Shown: piece by piece, positions 10,074 through 20,286 of the stretch
Position numbering within the stretch: the first letter of the stretch is position 1
Layout of the letters: every line of letters starts with the position of its first letter
Source of the DNA: an uncultured Flavobacteriaceae bacterium
GTDB lineage: Bacteria > Bacteroidota > Bacteroidia > B-17B0 > Aurantibacillaceae
Direction: 5' to 3'
DNA: 64,000 nt
NCBI GenBank assembly: GCA_964387075.1
Contig: CAYLVB010000012.1
Coordinates: 81,210 to 145,209 of the forward strand
Translations under genes and position numbers: made by a program
The notes under the pieces: model-generated
What the model was told of the DNA's origin: nothing
Seen by the model: the letters and a program-made list of their open reading frames with translations, nothing else
The model's database searches: none

Positions 10074-13000
10074 ATGCCCACGCGTGTGTTCCGTTTACTT
10101 TTTTCCTTACTCATACTTTGGAGTTTTGGTATGCATTCGCAGATCGTGGCTACGCCTACAACAGGTTGCGCTCCCCTGGTTGGCGTGAATTTTACGGGCA
10201 TACCGGGCTCAACCGGTGTACTTTGGAATTTCGGGGACGCCACAACCTCCACTTTACTGAATCCTGTGCACACGTTTGCCGCGGCGGGAAGCTACACGGT
10301 TACTTACAGTGCCACCGTTAGCGGCTCGCCTGTGAACCAAAGTTTGGTCATTAATGTCTTCGGAAAACCATCGCCCGCTTTCACGGCCGTGCCGCCGCTC
10401 AGCGGTTGCATACCGCTGCCGGTAACATTCAACGATAACTCAACGGGCGGAGGAGGCAGCGCTATCACCAACTGGCAGTGGGCCTTTGGCGACGGAGGCG
10501 TGAATGCCACCAATTCACCAAACCAAACCTATACCTATTCAGTGGGCGGACAATTCAGCGTAAGTGTAAAAATAACCGACGCCAATGGTTGCGACTCTAC
10601 GCTAACACTCACGAACATCATCAACGTCTCGCAAAAACCTACCATTGTTCTTTCCACGAATCCTAACCCGGTCTCGGCCTGTAACCCGCCACTCAACGTA
10701 ACTTATAACACCAACGGAACTGTCAGTAATTCAACGACGGGTCCTTCGCTAACCTACAGTTGGTCCTTTGGTAATGGAAACACTTCTACGGTAGCCAATC
10801 CCCCGCAGCAGACCTATAATTCTTACGGCACTTTCCCTATGGTGCTTTATGTTACCGACAACAACGGCTGTAAAGATTCTGTAAAGCGCACGGTGAACAT
10901 CGCCAATCCTTTCGCTTCTTTTTTAACCAACGATACGGTATGCATCAGCGCTACTTTTACTTCTACCTCTACTGGAGCTACCAGTTATGTGTGGAGCTAT
11001 GGGGATGGAGGTTCAAGCAGCGGCGTTACAGGCACCCATGTGTACGCGAACCCGGGAACTTATTCAGTTACACTTGATGTATATAATGGAGTTTGTCACG
11101 ATGACACCACCATTGTTGTATATGTAGAAAAACCGGTGGCTGATTTTTCGGTCACGCCCACTTACATGTGCGACCTTGAGAAGGTGATCACGCTCACCAA
11201 TCTTTCCACGCCCACGAGTGGGGTCACTTATAGTTGGAACTTCATGGAGAATTATACGCAATATCAATTCACGCCCACTACCTCAACACAAAGTAATCCA
11301 ACCTTTACCATTACCAACCTCGATACGAACCGGTATACGATATATACCTTCGACTGGAAGGACAGTATCAAGCTCACGATCACTACGCCGCGAGGTTGTG
11401 TATCTACGAAAACAATTAATTTTGTCGACTCCATTTATTTACCTTCCGCGCGTTTCATGCCCGACAAATACCAGGGTTGCGTTCCTCTTACGATTACTTT
11501 TTCGGATTCCAGCCGCTCGCGCGAAGCGATCGTTTATTATGAGTACAACTTCGATGATGGATCTCCACCGCTGATCGGTGTGCAAAACCCGGTACACACC
11601 TATACAGCAACCGGTGTCTACTGGCCCTGGCTCATCATTCATAACGCAAATGGTTGTATAGATACTTCTTACCGCATCAAAATAGAAGTGGGCAAGCCTC
11701 CTTCTCCAAGTTTTTCGCTCACGCCCACCAATATCTGTATTGGAGATTCAGTGTATATCACCAACACAACGGCCGCTACTGATTCGGTAGATTCCTGGCA
11801 CTATTACGGGGATGGCAGTTATTATATTTCCGGTTGTTATAACAGCGCCAACGCCGATTGGCCCTTTACGCACGCAACGGGCGCGCAAAATATTACCATG
11901 GAAGCCTGCTTCAGGGGCTGCTGTGCAAGCACCACTATAACCGGGGCAGTAACCGTGAAGGGACCTTTGGGAACTTTCAGCACCGCGATGGACTGCGATT
12001 CTTCGCGCGTTTATACGTTCACGGGAACTATCAGTGACGCTACCACCTGGGATTGGGATTTTGGCGATGGTAATTCAGCGCTCGGGTCTACACAACCAAC
12101 GATCTCCCATAGCTACACCGCTACCGGCGATTACTGGGTGTATTTAACTTCCTACAATCCGGGGACGGGTTGTAATCCTTACAAAGATTCGGCGTTCATC
12201 CGTGTGCGCGATATCAAAGCGGATTTTGTTTTTGATACCGTGATGTGTACCAAATCATTTCATAATTTCGATGGTTCCCCTTCGGTGGATGAATATGTAT
12301 TTGGCAGTAACGGCTACACCTGGCTATGGGATGATAATACCCACCCGGATCTTACCGGCGACAGCGTGATCACGCATAGTTTTTCAGGTTCAGGCATACA
12401 CGTGGTCACGCTTATTGTGCACGATGTGAACCGCTGCTCGGATACCGTTCGCAAGACCATCAAGGCTTTCTCGGTGGCTGCCGGATTCACCGCGAGTCAA
12501 ACATCTATCTGTACCATCGATACCGTCAATTTCACGAATACTTCTACCGCTGATACTACCATAGTTGGGTATAGCTGGAGCTTTGGCGATGGAACCACAT
12601 CTACGGCCACAAATCCTTCACACATTTACAATATCACCAATGGCTCCGTTAATACCGTAACCGTAACGCTTGTCACTACTTCTGCGCTGGGGTGCAGCGA
12701 CAGTGTGAAGATCGTTATCAATATATCTAGGCCAAGCGCCTCTTTCAACACGCTTACTTCTATGAATATCTGCTCGGGCGATTCGGTGCATTTCAATTTC
12801 CCGGGATCCCATCCAACGATGAACTGGAATTTTGGCGATGGCAATACCGTGAGCGGCGTAACACAGCCCTGGCATCCTTACACCAGCGCGGGCAATTATA
12901 CCGTGAGTCTTTTTGTAATTGACGCGCAGGGTTGTACTGATTTTAAATCCATCGCCCCCGTGAACGTGCAGAACAAGCCAAGTGTTTTCATCACTTCCCC

Positions 13001-14492
13001 GGCCTTTACTACCCAGACCCTTTGTTACCCTTACCAGGCAACTTTTACAGATAGCTCTAGCGCCAGCGTTTTCTGGAAACGCGATTGGGACCTGGGCACA
13101 GGGCAGGTAGTGAACAACAGTCTGTCGACCGTAGGAACTCTGTTTACGGCGCCGGGCACCTATACAGTGAGCCTTGTGGTGTATACAACCAACGGCTGTG
13201 TTGATTCCCTGAAAAAATCATTCACTTTGTACGGGCCGGTCGCGGATTTTTCTTATGGTCCGAACATTATTTGTAAAGGACAAAGTATCACTTTCAATAT
13301 CAAGGACACTACCGATGTATTTACCTGGCACTGGGATTTTGGCGACGGGCAGGATACAACGGCTGTTTCTCCCATCGCGCATACGTTCGATGTGCATCCT
13401 CCGGGCGGAACTACCAATGTAACGCTGATCTACTGGAGTGATGATTCTTCCTGTGTGCAAACCAAGATCTACCCCGTAAATATTTTCCAGGTGATCTCTG
13501 ATTTTGATCGTAATAATGATACTTTGCTTTCGGATACGGCGCATTGCCTGGGATTGGTAGATCAGTTCACCAATATCTCAACCGGCGCGGACACTTATGG
13601 CTGGACCTTTGGCGACGGAGCTTCAAGCACGCTTTTGAACCCGCAGCACCAGTATGCAGCTCCCGGAACCTATTCGGTGCAGCTGCATATACAAAATAAC
13701 GCAACGGGTTGCGTGGATACCTTGGTCAAGGAAATGGTGATCTTCCCGCCGGTCACCGGGAGCGCGGTTGGTGATAGTGTTTGTTTGAATCAAAGCGGGG
13801 CTTTAAGCGCGGGCGGAGGAACATCTTATACCTGGACGCCCGCTACGGGATTGAGTTGCACCAATTGCCAGAATCCTTTAGCCGCTCCTTTGGTAACTAC
13901 AACCTATTCGGTCATCGTAACGGATGCAAACGGCTGTAAAGATACGGTATCAACCATTTTCTTTGTGCAGCAACCGCCTAATACAGTGAATTGGGATACC
14001 AGCATCGTGGTAGGAGAGACCGCTACATTGCCCGGCGACGCGGGCCCCGGCTATTCTTATACCTGGACGCCCACAACAGATCTTAGTTGTACCACTTGTC
14101 CAACCCCGGTTTCATCTTCAACCGTTGATATAACTTACGTACAAACTATTGCCGACGCGATGGGATGCTTTACCGGTGTTTCGACCTTCACGGTGATCAT
14201 TCTGCCGCTTTCTTCGGTGGATGTGCCCAGTGCCTTTACGCCGAATGGAGACGGAACAAATGATATTGTTTATGTAGCGGGATGGGGTATCAAACGTTTA
14301 TTGTATTTCCGTATCTACAATCGTTGGGGGGAGTTGATCTTTGAAAGTAACGACCTGAGCATTGGTTGGGACGGAACTTACCGCGGCGTTCCGCAAAACA
14401 CAGAGACCTACGTGTACGAGGTGAGCGTAGAACCTTATATTGAAAGCGGCAAGCCGGTCTTCAAAAAGGGTAACATCAAACTGCTGCGTTAA
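10074..14492 (+). CDS. Large multi-PKD surface protein with gliding-motility-associated (T9SS type B) C-terminal domain
   Basis: Many WxFGDG PKD repeats; C-terminal VPSAFTPNGDGTND...IYNRWGE...WDGTY...GNIKLLR. Confidence 0.93.
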   Translation: MPTRVFRLLFSLLILWSFGMHSQIVATPTTGCAPLVGVNFTGIPGSTGVLWNFGDATTSTLLNPVHTFAAAGSYTVTYSATVSGSPVNQSLVINVFGKPSPAFTAVPPLSGCIPLPVTFNDNSTGGGGSAITNWQWAFGDGGVNATNSPNQTYTYSVGGQFSVSVKITDANGCDSTLTLTNIINVSQKPTIVLSTNPNPVSACNPPLNVTYNTNGTVSNSTTGPSLTYSWSFGNGNTSTVANPPQQTYNSYGTFPMVLYVTDNNGCKDSVKRTVNIANPFASFLTNDTVCISATFTSTSTGATSYVWSYGDGGSSSGVTGTHVYANPGTYSVTLDVYNGVCHDDTTIVVYVEKPVADFSVTPTYMCDLEKVITLTNLSTPTSGVTYSWNFMENYTQYQFTPTTSTQSNPTFTITNLDTNRYTIYTFDWKDSIKLTITTPRGCVSTKTINFVDSIYLPSARFMPDKYQGCVPLTITFSDSSRSREAIVYYEYNFDDGSPPLIGVQNPVHTYTATGVYWPWLIIHNANGCIDTSYRIKIEVGKPPSPSFSLTPTNICIGDSVYITNTTAATDSVDSWHYYGDGSYYISGCYNSANADWPFTHATGAQNITMEACFRGCCASTTITGAVTVKGPLGTFSTAMDCDSSRVYTFTGTISDATTWDWDFGDGNSALGSTQPTISHSYTATGDYWVYLTSYNPGTGCNPYKDSAFIRVRDIKADFVFDTVMCTKSFHNFDGSPSVDEYVFGSNGYTWLWDDNTHPDLTGDSVITHSFSGSGIHVVTLIVHDVNRCSDTVRKTIKAFSVAAGFTASQTSICTIDTVNFTNTSTADTTIVGYSWSFGDGTTSTATNPSHIYNITNGSVNTVTVTLVTTSALGCSDSVKIVINISRPSASFNTLTSMNICSGDSVHFNFPGSHPTMNWNFGDGNTVSGVTQPWHPYTSAGNYTVSLFVIDAQGCTDFKSIAPVNVQNKPSVFITSPAFTTQTLCYPYQATFTDSSSASVFWKRDWDLGTGQVVNNSLSTVGTLFTAPGTYTVSLVVYTTNGCVDSLKKSFTLYGPVADFSYGPNIICKGQSITFNIKDTTDVFTWHWDFGDGQDTTAVSPIAHTFDVHPPGGTTNVTLIYWSDDSSCVQTKIYPVNIFQVISDFDRNNDTLLSDTAHCLGLVDQFTNISTGADTYGWTFGDGASSTLLNPQHQYAAPGTYSVQLHIQNNATGCVDTLVKEMVIFPPVTGSAVGDSVCLNQSGALSAGGGTSYTWTPATGLSCTNCQNPLAAPLVTTTYSVIVTDANGCKDTVSTIFFVQQPPNTVNWDTSIVVGETATLPGDAGPGYSYTWTPTTDLSCTTCPTPVSSSTVDITYVQTIADAMGCFTGVSTFTVIILPLSSVDVPSAFTPNGDGTNDIVYVAGWGIKRLLYFRIYNRWGELIFESNDLSIGWDGTYRGVPQNTETYVYEVSVEPYIESGKPVFKKGNIKLLR

Positions 14493-14499
14493 ACCTTCT

Positions 14500-14655
14500 T
14501 TAACAGGTGGCTTCAGGAAATTGAACGAATTCCTCTATGGGCGGCTCCTCCTGGGCGGCCATGGCCAATTGCTCCCACAATATATACGTGAAGAGTAAGT
14601 ACGGGAAAGAAGAAAGCGTAGGCGCAGAAAAGCTGTATAGTGCGGTCGTATTCAT
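14500..14655 (-). CDS. Small hypothetical protein, 51 aa (not in the ORF track)
   Basis: ATG at 14655 gives MNTTALYSFSAPTLSSFPYLLFTYILWEQLAMAAQEEPPIEEFVQFPEATC*. It fills the intergenic gap and has a TAACTTTG box 4 nt upstream. Confidence 0.5.
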   Translation of the reverse strand: MNTTALYSFSAPTLSSFPYLLFTYILWEQLAMAAQEEPPIEEFVQFPEATC

Positions 14656-14659
14656 AACA

Positions 14660-14667
14660 CAAAGTTA
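14660..14667 (-). promoter_or_regulatory. -7 promoter box TAACTTTG
   Basis: Exact TAnnTTTG on the minus strand immediately upstream of the 51-aa ORF. Confidence 0.55.
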
Positions 14668-14801
14668 CGACGCGTACAGAGGGAAAAGCCTGAAAAATCG
14701 GTAATTGAGTCTATCTTATAGCCTTAGGCGGAAAGATCTTTTGTGATTTTTTTTGCCGGCTATTCGATCAGGTTGTTCAGCTATGGCTGTCATTTCGGGA
14801 A

Positions 14802-17216
14802 TCATCCTACTTTCTTCAGCCTTCCGCTCTCTTCCTGGTTGCTTCGCTTGAGGTTGCTGTTGATGCGCATCTTCCCGAACTTCCAAACGATAAAGAAACG
14901 GATACGGCGCGTGTCGTTGCGCTCGTTGTAATAGGTGCTCAACCCGCCCAGTTTGTTCTCCCAGGGCTGCCTGTCGGTATAGAACACGTCATAGATGCTC
15001 ATGGAGAGGTCAAGTTTCTTGTCGAAAAAGGATTTAAAGATCGTAAAATTCATCACGCCCATAGGATGATAGGTTTGTATACCGTCGTAATTGAGGCTGT
15101 TGTAATGGCCCTGCAACTGAATTTTAATATCCTTTGGAAGGAGGAACTCAAGACTGCCATTTACAAACCATAGATAAGAGCGGTTTGTAATTTCCAGTCC
15201 ATTGGCAATTGTAGCGTTATCGCGGTAAAGAATTATGCTGAACACATTAAAGTTCAGCCATTTTATTTGCTTTTGTACAAAGAGACTTACCCCACCGTTG
15301 CTTATCTTTTTAAAGTTGAAAATGGAATCAACGGTCGCCTTTGTTTGGGTGTTACCATAAGCATAATAGTAAATGGAATTATTTGTGAGATTGTAAAAGG
15401 TACTTAAGGTAACCATGCTATTAAAACTGTAATCGAAATTGGCAGAATGCGTGAACTGCGGTTTTAACGAAGGATTGCCTGAACCGTTGCTAAACTTATC
15501 ATTGAAACCGCGCGAAGGACTCATCTGGTCGTAACTCGGTCTTCCTATGTAATATCCATAAGTGCCCTGCAGACTGTGCTTGTCGTTGAATTTGTAATCT
15601 ATTGAGAAGTTGGGGAAGAAATTGATGTAATCGCGCTGCAGCACAAAGTTCTTGGGATGATTGTTCCCGTCAACCAAAGTGTGCTCGGTGCGTAAACCTG
15701 ATTTCAAACCGAGTTTTTTGAAATTCTTGCTAAGAGAGATATAAGCCGCCAGGATGCGTTCGTTATAATGATATTGATTCGAGTAACCGGTATCCGTCAC
15801 CAATTCACCTGCCGCGTTACTGAATTGTACATCGCTCAACGCTTTATTTACAACGAAACTTGATTTGATACCGGCCTCAAAGTTGAGTGACTTTTTGAAA
15901 GTATGCGTAAGATCCAGTTTTTGGGTGTAGATATTGAAATCTGTATGCGCGATGCTGCCAAACTGATCGGTGGGTTGCACTTCCTGGTTTGCATTGTTGA
16001 AATAGCGATTTGTTGTAAACCGTCTTCCATCCTCGAGGTAATTTGTGTAATCGGCTGCGAATTGCAATTGGGTAAGTGTGTCAAATTTATGCTGAACACT
16101 CATGTTAAAGGAAGGATTACGGGTGCGCCCACTGGAGGCGATATTGAATGCAATATAATTGTAGGCAAAAGGATTGTAAGGGGAAATGATAGCCACCTGG
16201 GCATTCTCCTGGTTGGTATTATTGGCCGCGCTCAGGTTTACGCCCGCACTTACTGTCGTTTTTTTGCTCAGTTCGTATTCCACGCCCACTGTTCCGAAGA
16301 AATACTGCCGTAACGGATCCTGGCTTCCCTGCGATAACATTTGTAGCGTACCCAGCGAATCCTGGAGTGTTCTTTTGAAATAATTATGCGTTACAAAATG
16401 CAGGTAGCCCACATTCAGGTTGCTGAACAGGGTAAATTTATCATTCTTGTAGTTCAAAGAAAGAAAAGTTCCCCCGCGCCATTCGTCGCCATGACTGACA
16501 CTTTGCGAAAGGCTGCCGCTAAAACCCTTTATTTTGGTCTTCTTGAAAACTATATTGATAAGTCCCCCCATTCCGGCCGCGTCGTATTTGGCGGGAGGGT
16601 TCTTGATAAGCTCGATATAGGCCACCGATTCAGCGGGCATGCTCATGAACATGTTCACCAATTGTCCTGAAGGGATCTGTTGAAGCCTGCCATCGAAAAG
16701 AAAACGAATGCCGCCGCGACCGTTCACCAGGATATTGTTCTGGGCGTCGATGCTGATGCCGGGAAAACGCTTCAACAGTTCAAAGACGGTATTTCCGCCT
16801 GAAATGATATTGTTCTCAATGTTCATGATCACGCTGCCCTGTTTGAATTCCACCGTTGGTTTGAATGCCGCCACCGTTACTTCCTTGAGAACAACTCCTT
16901 CCGTCTTCATAACCTGCGCGGGCAGGATTATTTGCGAGAGTGAATCGACAGAGAATGGCTGCGACCATCCTGTTTTAAAACCCACGTTGCTGAATTTGAG
17001 GATATAATTGCCTTCGGCTACTTTTTCGTAAAGAAATTCTCCTGATTCATTACCTACATTTCCCTTTACCAAACTGCTGTCTTTGGCATTCATTAAGGCC
17101 ATGGCGCAATAGGGTAGGGGGGCACCGGTAGTATCGGTCACAATTCCTTTAATAAGGTTCTGGGCGGGCAAAAGATGGCCACAGAGAAGCAGGAATATGC
17201 AGGGAATTTTTTTCAG
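14802..17216 (-). CDS. TonB-dependent receptor-like outer-membrane beta-barrel with N-terminal carboxypeptidase-regulatory-like domain
   Basis: IKGIVTD...LKEVTV, plug IELIKNPPAKYDAAG.GG.INI, GNPSLKPQ, C-terminal EESGRL. The signal peptide is complete only if translation starts at CTG 17216 (LKKIPCIFLLLCGHLLPAQ). Confidence 0.85.
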   Translation of the reverse strand: MKKIPCIFLLLCGHLLPAQNLIKGIVTDTTGAPLPYCAMALMNAKDSSLVKGNVGNESGEFLYEKVAEGNYILKFSNVGFKTGWSQPFSVDSLSQIILPAQVMKTEGVVLKEVTVAAFKPTVEFKQGSVIMNIENNIISGGNTVFELLKRFPGISIDAQNNILVNGRGGIRFLFDGRLQQIPSGQLVNMFMSMPAESVAYIELIKNPPAKYDAAGMGGLINIVFKKTKIKGFSGSLSQSVSHGDEWRGGTFLSLNYKNDKFTLFSNLNVGYLHFVTHNYFKRTLQDSLGTLQMLSQGSQDPLRQYFFGTVGVEYELSKKTTVSAGVNLSAANNTNQENAQVAIISPYNPFAYNYIAFNIASSGRTRNPSFNMSVQHKFDTLTQLQFAADYTNYLEDGRRFTTNRYFNNANQEVQPTDQFGSIAHTDFNIYTQKLDLTHTFKKSLNFEAGIKSSFVVNKALSDVQFSNAAGELVTDTGYSNQYHYNERILAAYISLSKNFKKLGLKSGLRTEHTLVDGNNHPKNFVLQRDYINFFPNFSIDYKFNDKHSLQGTYGYYIGRPSYDQMSPSRGFNDKFSNGSGNPSLKPQFTHSANFDYSFNSMVTLSTFYNLTNNSIYYYAYGNTQTKATVDSIFNFKKISNGGVSLFVQKQIKWLNFNVFSIILYRDNATIANGLEITNRSYLWFVNGSLEFLLPKDIKIQLQGHYNSLNYDGIQTYHPMGVMNFTIFKSFFDKKLDLSMSIYDVFYTDRQPWENKLGGLSTYYNERNDTRRIRFFIVWKFGKMRINSNLKRSNQEESGRLKKVG

Positions 17217-17284
17217 AGGTCTAAAATTAACAGTTGCAATGATATAACATCATCCGGTAACAGTTAAAAAAGCTTAATAGGGGG

Positions 17285-18790
17285 TTATTTCCGCAACCGT
17301 TCCAGTTGCTTCTGCACAGACCTTTCGGAAGTAATAAGAGCGCTCTGTATCCTCCGTGCGTAAAAGATACTGTCCATCACTTCCTTGTTCTTTTCGTGTA
17401 GACTTTCATAGGCTTGGTCTACGCGTTTTTTCTGCTCCTCGATGATCACCTTTTGCCTTCGTGTGATGCGGAAACGGTTAAAGACAAAGATAAAGAACAC
17501 AAATACCAAGGACAGCCCGCCAATAAGGACGTAACGCTGCGTTCTTTCCTGTTTCAGCTGGGCTTCCTGCGCGCTAAGCTGGGCATCGGCTACCTTCTGC
17601 GCTTCTTTGTTCTTAATGCTGTCGGCTGCCGCTTTCTTTTCGTATTCGTACTGGAACTGTCTTTTGGTACTTGCCTTTTTGGTTTCCTCGTTCGTGATGC
17701 TGTCGCGCATGGTAATAAAGAGGTCATAAGCAGCGAGTGCGTTCTTGTGATCTCCCATGGCGCTGTAGATCTGGTGCAGGGTTCTGGCGGCGCTTCTTAT
17801 CTCGGAAGGATAACCAAACCTGCGGGCTGCGGCAAGACTTTTGTTCGTCATCACTATAGCTTGCTTCCATTTGGCCCGGTCTCCTTTCGAGAGTTCAAAG
17901 ATCACACCGGCGGCATTCGTATTACAGGTTACCCAATCGGTGCTGTCGTTCAACCGGAGGAGTGCTTCAGAAGCTTTCTGGTAATAATTGAGCGACGTCT
18001 TTAACTCGCCCATGCGTTCGTAAACAGCCCCCAGGCTGTTCATGGTCATGGCGATGAAGCGGGGTTCCTGTATTTCTTCCATTAAACGAAGGTTCTTTTC
18101 AAAATACGCCAGTGCCTTTTTCAGATCACCCTTTTCCATGGCCACTATGCCGAGGTTGGTATAAGAACTGTTAAGGCTTCTTTTATCATTCAATTTCTCG
18201 CGTATGGCTCTTGCTTTCTCCAGGAATTGCATGGCCTGCACGTCGTCTCCCTGCACGTGATATTGCCATCCCATGCCGTTCAAAACATAAGAAGTGCCCA
18301 GGTCGTTCTTTAGTTCTTCATGCAGTTTTAGCGAGTAATGGAAAAGCTCCAGGCTTTTGTAAACATCGCCCTGCTGTCCGTATGCATCCGCGAGATTGAA
18401 AGTGGCTATTGCCAGGTCATCTTTGTCATCGATGGTCTTTTGAATGGCAATGGTCTCTTCATAATAAGCGATGGCCTTTGCCGTTTCTCCGCGCATGTTT
18501 GCCGCGTAAGCACGGTTGCCCAGCACAATAGCTCTGTATTTCATGAAGAGTTCCCACAATTTCCCCGGGGGCTTCAATTCCTTGAGGTTCCGGTTCGCGA
18601 TCTCGCCGATACGGTCATTATATGTAGGCCAGATCGAATCGTTATTCTCCGATTCAATGAGTTGGTTTAACAGGAAACAGCGCGTGGTATCATGGGTGGC
18701 CACAGCCAGTAATTTTTTCAAAGAATCAGCCTGTCCCAGGCTTATATAAGGCAGGAGCAGGCAAAATACTATTTTCAAAAACCTGTTCAT
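17285..18790 (-). CDS. Periplasmic TPR-repeat single-TM sensor ending at a SpoIIE/PP2C-type linker, with no catalytic domain
   Basis: Signal peptide, TPR array, coiled coil, TM (YVLIGGLSLVFVFFIFVF), then NKEVMDSIFYARRIQSALI and stop. Confidence 0.85.
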   Translation of the reverse strand: MNRFLKIVFCLLLPYISLGQADSLKKLLAVATHDTTRCFLLNQLIESENNDSIWPTYNDRIGEIANRNLKELKPPGKLWELFMKYRAIVLGNRAYAANMRGETAKAIAYYEETIAIQKTIDDKDDLAIATFNLADAYGQQGDVYKSLELFHYSLKLHEELKNDLGTSYVLNGMGWQYHVQGDDVQAMQFLEKARAIREKLNDKRSLNSSYTNLGIVAMEKGDLKKALAYFEKNLRLMEEIQEPRFIAMTMNSLGAVYERMGELKTSLNYYQKASEALLRLNDSTDWVTCNTNAAGVIFELSKGDRAKWKQAIVMTNKSLAAARRFGYPSEIRSAARTLHQIYSAMGDHKNALAAYDLFITMRDSITNEETKKASTKRQFQYEYEKKAAADSIKNKEAQKVADAQLSAQEAQLKQERTQRYVLIGGLSLVFVFFIFVFNRFRITRRQKVIIEEQKKRVDQAYESLHEKNKEVMDSIFYARRIQSALITSERSVQKQLERLRK

Positions 18791-20286
18791 TCTTTATTCT
18801 GTAACCGTTTCAATTGCTTTTCAACATAGCGCTCGGAAGTGATCAAAGCGCGCTGGATCCTCCGCGCGTAAAAAATGCTGTCCATCACTTCCTTGTTCTT
18901 TTCGTGCAGGCTCTCGTAGGCCATATCCACCAGTTTCTTTTGCTCTTCGATGATCGCTTTTTGCCTTTGGGTGATCCGGAAACGATTGAAGATGAAGATC
19001 ACAAAGATCACAACGGCCAGCAAGCCGCCGTATAAAGCATAGCGCCCAACTTTTTCCTGTTTTAATTGCGAATTGTGCGCGCTGATGAGGGCGTCCTTTA
19101 CTTTCTGTTCTTCCTGGTTACGCACACTGTCGGCAGCGGCTTTCTTCCCATATTCATACTCAAACTGTCTTTTGATACTGGTCTTCCGTGTCTCGGCATT
19201 GGCGATGCTGTCGCTCATGGTGATAAAGAGCTGGTAGTATTCCAACGCTTTTTTGGCGTCGCCCAGTTTCCGGTAAATACCCTGCAATGTATAGGCCGCG
19301 CTCTTGATGTGGGTCGGCTGTCCCATTTTTTTTGCCGCAGCCATGCTTTTGTTCGAATAGACCAGCGCTTGTTCATACATTTTGCGGTCGCCATTGGCCA
19401 GGTAATACAAACAGACACCGTGGTTATTTATTGTCGTGGTCCAACCGGACAGGTCATGTAATTTCTCCTGTATGGTAGCTGCTTTTTCGAAATAGGTAAT
19501 GGCCTCGCGGTATTGGGCGCGATCCTGGGAAAGGATGCCGAGGCTGTTCAGCGCCATAGCTACGCCGCGCTGATCGTCTGTCTCTTCCATAAGTGCCAGT
19601 GTTTTTCGGTAGTTCTCTTCCGCTTCTTTTTCCTTCCCCAGGCGGCGGTAGATGAGCCCGATCGTGTTGTACGTGTTGGCCTGCCCCCGCTTATCATCGA
19701 TCCTGATCCGTTTGACCAGCGCTTTTTCCAGGTACTCCAAACCCTTGGCAAGATCTCCCTGCACATAATAGTTCCAGCCCAGATCATTCAGCACATAAGA
19801 CATGCCGTAATCATTCTTCAGTTTCTCATAGATCGTCAATGCTTTGTGCAGGTATTCCAACCCGCGCGAGAGGTCGCCTCGGTTCACGTAGATATCGCCC
19901 AAATTATAATAAGAGGCAGCCATTCCTTCTTTGTGACCGATCTTTTGCTGAATGGAAAGGGCTTCCTCGTAATTCTCAGTCGCTTTTTTATTGTCGCCGG
20001 CCAGGTTGGCAAGATACCCCAGGTTGTTGACGGCTATCGAGCGACTTTTCAGGTAAAAGTTCTTTAACGTTCCCGGGTTTACCAGGTTCTTTTCGGCGAT
20101 CTTCAATAGCTGATCGTTGTAACCGGGCCAGATGGCATCGTTGCTTTCTGCTTCTATCAATTGGTTGAGCAGGGTGCAGCGCGTAGTATCATGTGTGGCC
20201 TTCTCTAAAAGTTTTTTCAGAGAATCGGTCTGTGCGCTTAGTGTGCAGAAGAGGAGCGTGAAAAGGGCAAGCGCAGGGAGTTTCAT
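18787..20286 (-). CDS. Periplasmic TPR-repeat single-TM sensor, tandem paralog of 17285..18790
   Basis: Same architecture; shared ATHDTTRC N-terminal motif and AYESLHEKNKEVMDSIFYARRIQ tail. ATG 20286 preferred. Confidence 0.85.
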   Translation of the reverse strand: MKLPALALFTLLFCTLSAQTDSLKKLLEKATHDTTRCTLLNQLIEAESNDAIWPGYNDQLLKIAEKNLVNPGTLKNFYLKSRSIAVNNLGYLANLAGDNKKATENYEEALSIQQKIGHKEGMAASYYNLGDIYVNRGDLSRGLEYLHKALTIYEKLKNDYGMSYVLNDLGWNYYVQGDLAKGLEYLEKALVKRIRIDDKRGQANTYNTIGLIYRRLGKEKEAEENYRKTLALMEETDDQRGVAMALNSLGILSQDRAQYREAITYFEKAATIQEKLHDLSGWTTTINNHGVCLYYLANGDRKMYEQALVYSNKSMAAAKKMGQPTHIKSAAYTLQGIYRKLGDAKKALEYYQLFITMSDSIANAETRKTSIKRQFEYEYGKKAAADSVRNQEEQKVKDALISAHNSQLKQEKVGRYALYGGLLAVVIFVIFIFNRFRITQRQKAIIEEQKKLVDMAYESLHEKNKEVMDSIFYARRIQRALITSERYVEKQLKRLQNKE

